The notes below the pieces were generated by a model. It worked only from the letters and a program-made list of their open reading frames with translations. It was not told the DNA's origin and made no database searches. Below are positions 61,179-64,000 of a DNA stretch of 64,000 nt, in pieces; within the stretch, counting starts at the first letter, position 1, and each line of letters begins with the position of its first letter. The DNA lies in the sequence record NZ_CP011600.1; one strand, 5' to 3'. The DNA is from a plasmid. Position numbers and translations under genes: made by a program.

Positions 61179-62786
61179 TTATTTCAGTCCGATATAGTCG
61201 TAGTTGACTGGTACATGCACTGGATCGACATACAGCGCGTCCTCGCCCCCCATGCGTGCGGAATGTACGGTGTAGCGCTTCTCGTTGAATACCGGCACCC
61301 AGGGCGCGTCATCCATTGCAGTGATGAAGATTTTGCGCCAGGCTTCAATGCGCGCGTCCTGCTGGTCGGGTTTCACCATGCTGTCCGCCGCGGCCGCCTG
61401 CGCGTCCAGCGCTTTGTTGCAGTAGCGCGCCCAGTTCCAGCCGCCCTCTACCGCCCCGGCGCAGCCGAGGATCGGGCCATAGAAGTTGGAGGGATCCGGG
61501 AAATCGGCGATCCACGCCATGCCGCCGGACCAGACCATCGGCGCTTGGCTGGCGGAGCCGCCCGCCGCAATCACATTCGCCTGCGCCAGGGATTTGATGC
61601 TGGCGTGGATGCCCACTTTGGCCAGATCCTGCTGGATAGACTGGGCGATACGCGGCTGCGGATCGGTATTCATCACGTACAGTTCGGTAGCAAAACCGTT
61701 GGGGAAACCCGCTTCGCTGAGCAGTTGCTTCGCTTTTGCCGGGTCGTAGCTGAAACCCTGATATGCCTTGTCATAACCGGGCATGGCGGGTGGCAGTGGC
61801 TGGTTGGCCGGCGCCGCGCGTCCATTAATGATGCGCATGATGCGATCTTTGTTGACCGCCATGTTCACCGCCTGGCGGACTTTGAGATTATCGAAAGGCG
61901 GCAGCGTGGTTTTCATCGTCACGTAGCCGGTCTGCAACTGGTCGCCGGTGACCATCAGGCCCTTATAGGCCGGGTTGTTTTTAAACGACAGAAACTGTGC
62001 GGGCGGTACGCCGTCGCCGGCAATATCCACTTCGCCTTTTTCCAGCCGCAGCAGAGCGACCGAGGGATCCTGTCCCATTTCGAACTTTATGTGATCCAGC
62101 CGCGGCACGCCGGCTTTAAAGTAGTTCGGGTTTTTGCGGAAGATCAGCTCCTGGCCCAGCTTCCACTCCTGGAGCTCAAACGCGCCGCTGCCGACCGGAT
62201 GCTTGCCGAAGTCGGCGCCCCATTTCTCCACCTCCTCACGGGGAACCACCGAGGCAAAGTTCAGCGCCAGCACATGCAGGAAGGTGGCGTTGGGCTCTTT
62301 CAGAGTGATTTTTACCGTATGATCGTCGACGACCTCGATACCGCTCAGGGTCGTGCTTTTACCGCTGGCCTCCTCGTCATAGCCCGCGATGGGACTGAAG
62401 AACCCGGCGCCCGGACTTTGGGTTTTCGGGTTGACTGTGCGTTCCAGAGAATATTTCACGTCCGCCGCCGTGACCTCGCGGCCGTTGTGGAATTTCACCC
62501 CTTTGCGTAGCACAAAGGTGTAGACCTTGCCGTCCTCGGAAATGGCGTAGCTCTCCGCCAGGTCGTTCACCAACTCGGTGGTGCCGGGACGATAGTCCAT
62601 CAGGCCGTCGAACAGGCTTTTGATCATCGACCAGTTTTGCCAGTCATAGCCAATGGCCGGATCGAGGGTCGCCACGTCGTTCTGGTAGGTCACCACGATA
62701 TCGCCGCCGGTCTTCTCGTCAGCCTGCGCGCCATAAGAGAAACAGGCCGCGGCCACCGCCATTGTCAATAACGCATTTTTCATCAT
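61179..62786 (-). CDS. ABC transporter periplasmic substrate-binding protein (family 5, peptide/nickel/glutathione type)
   Basis: 535 aa; signal peptide MMKNALLTMAVAAACFSYGAQA. Confidence 0.85.
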   Translation of the reverse strand: MMKNALLTMAVAAACFSYGAQADEKTGGDIVVTYQNDVATLDPAIGYDWQNWSMIKSLFDGLMDYRPGTTELVNDLAESYAISEDGKVYTFVLRKGVKFHNGREVTAADVKYSLERTVNPKTQSPGAGFFSPIAGYDEEASGKSTTLSGIEVVDDHTVKITLKEPNATFLHVLALNFASVVPREEVEKWGADFGKHPVGSGAFELQEWKLGQELIFRKNPNYFKAGVPRLDHIKFEMGQDPSVALLRLEKGEVDIAGDGVPPAQFLSFKNNPAYKGLMVTGDQLQTGYVTMKTTLPPFDNLKVRQAVNMAVNKDRIMRIINGRAAPANQPLPPAMPGYDKAYQGFSYDPAKAKQLLSEAGFPNGFATELYVMNTDPQPRIAQSIQQDLAKVGIHASIKSLAQANVIAAGGSASQAPMVWSGGMAWIADFPDPSNFYGPILGCAGAVEGGWNWARYCNKALDAQAAAADSMVKPDQQDARIEAWRKIFITAMDDAPWVPVFNEKRYTVHSARMGGEDALYVDPVHVPVNYDYIGLK

Positions 62787-62795
62787 CTTCCCCTG

Positions 62796-63716
62796 CTACT
62801 TTTTGACATCAATGCGCGGATCGACCCACGGCAGCACCAGATCCGCAATAAGGTTGCCGCCAACAATGGCAACCGCTGACACGGTGGTTACCCCGACAAT
62901 CACCGGGATATCCACCTGTTGAATCGCCTGCCAGGCCAGCTGACCGATACCCGGCCAGCCAAAGACCGATTCGACTACCACCAGTCCGCCCATAAAAATG
63001 CCGATATCAATGCCTATCATCGGAATTAGCGGCAGCACGGCATTCGGCAGCACGTGACGCAGCAGTACGCGGGTTCGGCCCAGCCCTTTGGCCCGCGCGG
63101 TACGGATAAAATCCTGATGCAGCACCTCAATCATCGACGAGCGCAACATGCGTGAATACCAGCCGCTGCCGAGCAGGCCGAGGGTTAGCGCCGGTAGCGC
63201 CAGATGGCTGAAGCCGCCATAGCCTCCCATCGGGAACCAGTTGAGTACCACGGCGAAAAGATAGAGAAAAAGCATCGCGGCGATGAACTGCGGCGCCGAA
63301 ACACCGATAAAGGAGAGCGCCATCAGAAGCCGGTCCGCCAGCCCGCCGCGTTTTAACGCCGCCAGGGTGCCGAGGGCGATCCCCAGTACCAACTCGCAGA
63401 GAATACCCGCCGCCATCAGCTGCAGTGACGGCCCGATACGGGCGGAAACCAGTTCACTCACTTCGCTGCGCTGAATAAACGAGCGTCCCAGATCGCCGTG
63501 CAGCAGCCCCTGCAGATAACGCCAATATTGCTGATAAAACGGCAGATCCAACCCCAACTGATGGCGGATGTTTTCGACTACTTCCGGCGTGGCACTGCGC
63601 CCGGCGATTTGGCGCGCTGGATCGGCGGGCAACATAAACAGCAGCAAATAGCAGATCAACGTAACGCCAAGCAGGATCAGCCCGGCATGCAACAGACGTT
63701 TTCCCAGAAATAGCAT
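62796..63716 (-). CDS. ABC transporter permease (DppB/GsiC-like)
   Basis: 306 aa; 6 TM helices; EAA-like loop. Confidence 0.85.
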   Translation of the reverse strand: MLFLGKRLLHAGLILLGVTLICYLLLFMLPADPARQIAGRSATPEVVENIRHQLGLDLPFYQQYWRYLQGLLHGDLGRSFIQRSEVSELVSARIGPSLQLMAAGILCELVLGIALGTLAALKRGGLADRLLMALSFIGVSAPQFIAAMLFLYLFAVVLNWFPMGGYGGFSHLALPALTLGLLGSGWYSRMLRSSMIEVLHQDFIRTARAKGLGRTRVLLRHVLPNAVLPLIPMIGIDIGIFMGGLVVVESVFGWPGIGQLAWQAIQQVDIPVIVGVTTVSAVAIVGGNLIADLVLPWVDPRIDVKK

Positions 63717-64000
63717 TAGTTTCGTCCTTTTAAGCCGGGATCGAGGGCGTCGCGCAGGGCGTCACCAGCGATATTGAAAGAGAGCGACAGCAGCACAATC
63801 GCCGCGCCGGGAAAGAACACCAGCCAGGGAGCCGAAGTAAAATAGCTCTGGCTTTCAAAGATGATGTTGCCCCAACTCGGCGTTGGCGGCTGTACCCCCA
63901 CCCCGAGGAACGATAGAGTAGCTTCCAGCAGGACTGTGGTGGAGATGCCTAGTGTGGCCCAGACCAGCACCGTTGGCGCCAGATGTGGAATTAAATGCAC
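63716..64000 (-). CDS. ABC transporter permease (DppC/GsiD-like), 3' part only; the gene continues beyond the window edge
   Basis: C-terminal 94 aa; ATGA overlap with the downstream permease. Confidence 0.75.
   Translation of the reverse strand: MHLIPHLAPTVLVWATLGISTTVLLEATLSFLGVGVQPPTPSWGNIIFESQSYFTSAPWLVFFPGAAIVLLSLSFNIAGDALRDALDPGLKGRN

Overview
This 64-kb window reads as a mosaic segment of a large Enterobacteriaceae (Klebsiella/E. coli-type) IncFIB-like multi-metal-resistance plasmid. The gene order and junction interpretations below come from reading the sequence by eye; no database search was run.

Layout:
- 1-22 kb: nested Tn3-family and Tn402-family transposons.
  - Tn#1 is a Tn21-IR transposon remnant: tnpR, four unknown genes, a cupin, a HepT/MntA toxin-antitoxin pair, and a res site.
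  - A Tn5053-like mercury element (IRt, merR-TPFADE, tniR fragment) abuts the Tn#1 res site.
  - Tn#3 is an apparently complete Tn3-family transposon: tnpA, res, a Gly/His-rich zinc-ribbon ORF, tnpR, czcD.
  - A truncated second Tn3-family tnpA follows, then an unknown ORF and a higBA pair.
  - Every 38-bp Tn3-family IR seen here (five) carries an identical 1327-bp IS5075/IS4321-like IS110-family element at the same position.
- 22.8-46.7 kb: bounded by two inverted IS26 copies.
  - A silver/copper sil remnant (silP, silG-like, silA, 3' silB) is cut by an IS5-like element.
  - An AT-rich islet encodes a P-loop NTPase whose reading frame is split at an A-AAA-AAG heptamer.
  - parD plus a decayed parE, and a tyrosine recombinase.
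  - The RepFIB replicon (repB with flanking iterons) and sopAB-sopC partition.
  - umuDC with an intact LexA box, abutted by a group II intron fragment that IS26 truncates.
- 46.7-64 kb: a ttuC fragment and ttuD, an oxidoreductase, an E. coli-type lacI-lacZ-lacY whose lacA is truncated by a terminally deleted IS1, and a peptide-type ABC importer operon with an embedded formamidase.

Most interesting candidates for a closer look:
1. The AT-rich NTPase with a dnaX-like slippery site.
2. The Gly/His-rich double zinc-ribbon gene cotranscribed with tnpR in a czcD transposon.
3. The orf108-orf170-orf122-tnpR cargo operon.
4. Saturation of every IR by IS5075-like elements.
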